A stretch of DNA of 64,000 nucleotides, taken from the NCBI GenBank assembly GCA_002633005.1, contig NMRA01000524.1, positions 239,815 to 303,814 of the forward strand, read 5' to 3'. Shown here piece after piece: positions 61,565-64,000 of the stretch. Every line of letters starts with the position of its first letter. Position 1 is the stretch's first letter. The DNA comes from Phoronis australis. Its lineage: Eukaryota; Animalia; Phoronida. The notes beneath the pieces were generated by a model that made no database searches, was not told the origin of the DNA, and was given only the letters and a program-made list of their open reading frames with translations. Both the position numbers and the translations under genes were made by a program.

Positions 61565-64000
61565 TGGACATGACGGACACTTTGGTATTAACATTTTGTT
61601 AGCAAGCTCAGCATTAGCCTACTAGAACGCTTCTGTTACCATGGATCAAACTACGATCAGGCTGCAAGCTGTTCAGTCTGTGAGCGAGACATCGGCCTAC
61701 AACACCAGGCGAATACCAGTCAAGCATCTGTTGACTGGTCTCTGTCAGAACATAGATTGAAGTACAGCTCGTGTAACCCCTATTTCCCTGCCCAAAATTA
61801 CTGCAGTTAGCTTTGGCTCGACTTGCAAAGCCGGAGGAAGCATGTTGCGTAAACACCTAAACTTGAAAACACTCGTTTTCCGCCGTGAGTGCGCTTTGCA
61901 ACACATTTCCATTTCGCCAACGAATCAATTATACGCACGCGCATGCGTGCCTGTGCTGATCATGAAATTATGTGATTGGCCACAAAATTTCGTGAAACAT
62001 GTTTCAATAAATGAGAACCAAAAAATGAAGAGTTTCCATCTTAAATTATACTTGGTTTCATTTTTATTAATATTTGTTGCTGCAGGTATACATACGTAAT
62101 ATGTACAATGAAGATATAACAACAACAACGATCTCATAAAAAAGGAAAATCATACTACAAGACACATGAGAAAAAGGGGGTGACACTTTATGCATCGCCT
62201 GTACTGCATGCTGAGAACAGCGTAGTCCTACAAAATAGGCACTGCTAGGCTATTAAGGAAAAGTAAGTCATAAACTGCAAATATCCTAAATGATGACATG
62301 ACAGTCTGATGTCCGAGTTAGGGAAAATAAGCCCCTTGATCCTAACAGAAACTATTATTACTAATATTAAGACAGAATAAAAAGTAGTTTTTGGATTTTT
62401 GAAGAAATTATTTTAGATTAATAGCTCTCCCTAAGTCTTGCTTACGGACTGAATGCTTTAAACCGGATCTTTTTCCTTGCTAACTTCTGATTGATTCTTT
62501 GTCTCCTTCGAATAATTTTATTCAAAAGATTTCCAGGGGCACAGCTTTGCATAGGGAACAGGGCCAAAATTATCTCATATACGTTAATGAATCAAAGTGA
62601 GACCATAATTACGTTTCAATTTCATACACCAAGACAGCCCTACAGTTCTACATTTCGGTAACACTGAAAAATCAACGAGGTGTAGTTAGACAAACGTACA
62701 ACAACATTCAAACGGCAACTGATCATGTGGGACCGTACACGGAGACGAAGTAACTCATGGTACAGTTAGGTGGCTAGATGAGACGCAGGTCCCACGCGAT
62801 CACCCCCATTGCTTCCTGAAAGTCTCCCGTTCCACTAAAGGCATACGATGGTATCCCGGTGAAAAGTCTACACAGTATAGTAAAAAATCTAACAATCCTA
62901 AGTCTAAAGGAGCTGGAAATTTTATTACCATTATGGAGGAAGGGTGTTCCTCAGCGTGGAATGAGGTGAAATGAGGACAGCAAACAAAGAGCATGTCACT
63001 CTGCACTTCACCACATTCCATGCTGAGGTAGATCCTTTACTTGTAACATTTCTGGCTTTTCAAATAAATGTACCAACTGTTCTGAGTTTTGCTGATTTTA
63101 CACAATTCTATGCCAATGAAACTGTTTGTTGATAACAGTGTCTTTCCTAAACGTCTGTTCAAGAGACATGGGACTCCCCTCTGAAAATTGACTAATCACA
63201 TGGGCTGAATTTGAAAGTCACATCTTTGGTCATTTTTCAAGTTGAGTTTCCTGGGACGTTTAGTGGTTTTGAGGGCGATAGTCACTAATAGGGTCACAGA
63301 TTTTTAGAACCAGTTTGATGCCCGTTATTAAACGGAGAAAACTGGTTCTCAAAATGCGGCACACCTGCAAGTAACTATTACCGTTTTTGAGCAGGGACAA
63401 ATTTCACTGTAGTTGTGTTTTTTCAGAAAAGAAAAGTGACAGGAGAGATCTTTGTTATACTTCATATCAAAAACTCTGCCACAGGATATCTGAACACAGT
63501 TCAAATCCCCACAGCACGTGCCTGGGACCTGTTTCACAAAACGTGACTTAAGACTTTTAAATCAGAAATTTGGTCTTATACTGCACCCCATATACAGCTA
63601 CTTCTGAGAAATAATCAAAGTCTGTGAGACTATACACACAACTGCTAGTTACTGATGATAAATAACCTCTGATGCGCTCGTTTTTACTTGACAAAACAGC
63701 AATTGTGAAGTAAACCCGAACTTCTGTCCCAAGTCCCAAGACACTTCAATGAAACGTGCAACCAAGGCATGCAAGGTGGAGCCAGATCTGTTAATACCAT
63801 AAATACTATAGGATATGACATTATATATACATCTCTCGACATTAACAAAGCATTCACATTTCACGATCTATGACACAACTTCTAGAGTGCATTGCACGAT
63901 TTACTGCATATATTTGTACCTAGATTGTCGGAGTAAACAAAAGCTTCGAATGCTACATGGAAACAAGTAGGGTAGCAATAGTTTATCCCCCATGCAAGAC

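Overview
AT-rich, repeat-dense eukaryotic DNA from a draft assembly with N gaps, most likely a bilaterian invertebrate; there is no prokaryotic gene structure. Two protein-coding genes are supported. (1) An intronless class A GPCR at 21676-22725 (+), GPR21/GPR52-like, with Lys at position 3.32. (2) A battenin/CLN3-family lysosomal MFS-fold gene at 34580-61564 (+) that the ORF track misses. I assembled it by hand from 14 GT-AG exons; splice phases match at every junction except exon 6-7, where sequence is lost at an N. The rest is mostly mobile-element debris: two degraded Ty3/Gypsy elements (one with the Gmr1-type integrase-before-RT order), two Penelope-like fragments, LINE fragments, an Academ-like transposase C-terminus, many small G-rich MITEs with 5-bp target-site duplications, and foldback elements. 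A Helentron-associated (HINE-like) tandem repeat at 6.2-9.4 kb carries about 12 co-oriented CTCF-consensus-like motifs. Three tandem duplications joined at single Ns look like uncollapsed haplotypes and expose polymorphic insertions. All calls were made by eye; no database searches were run.
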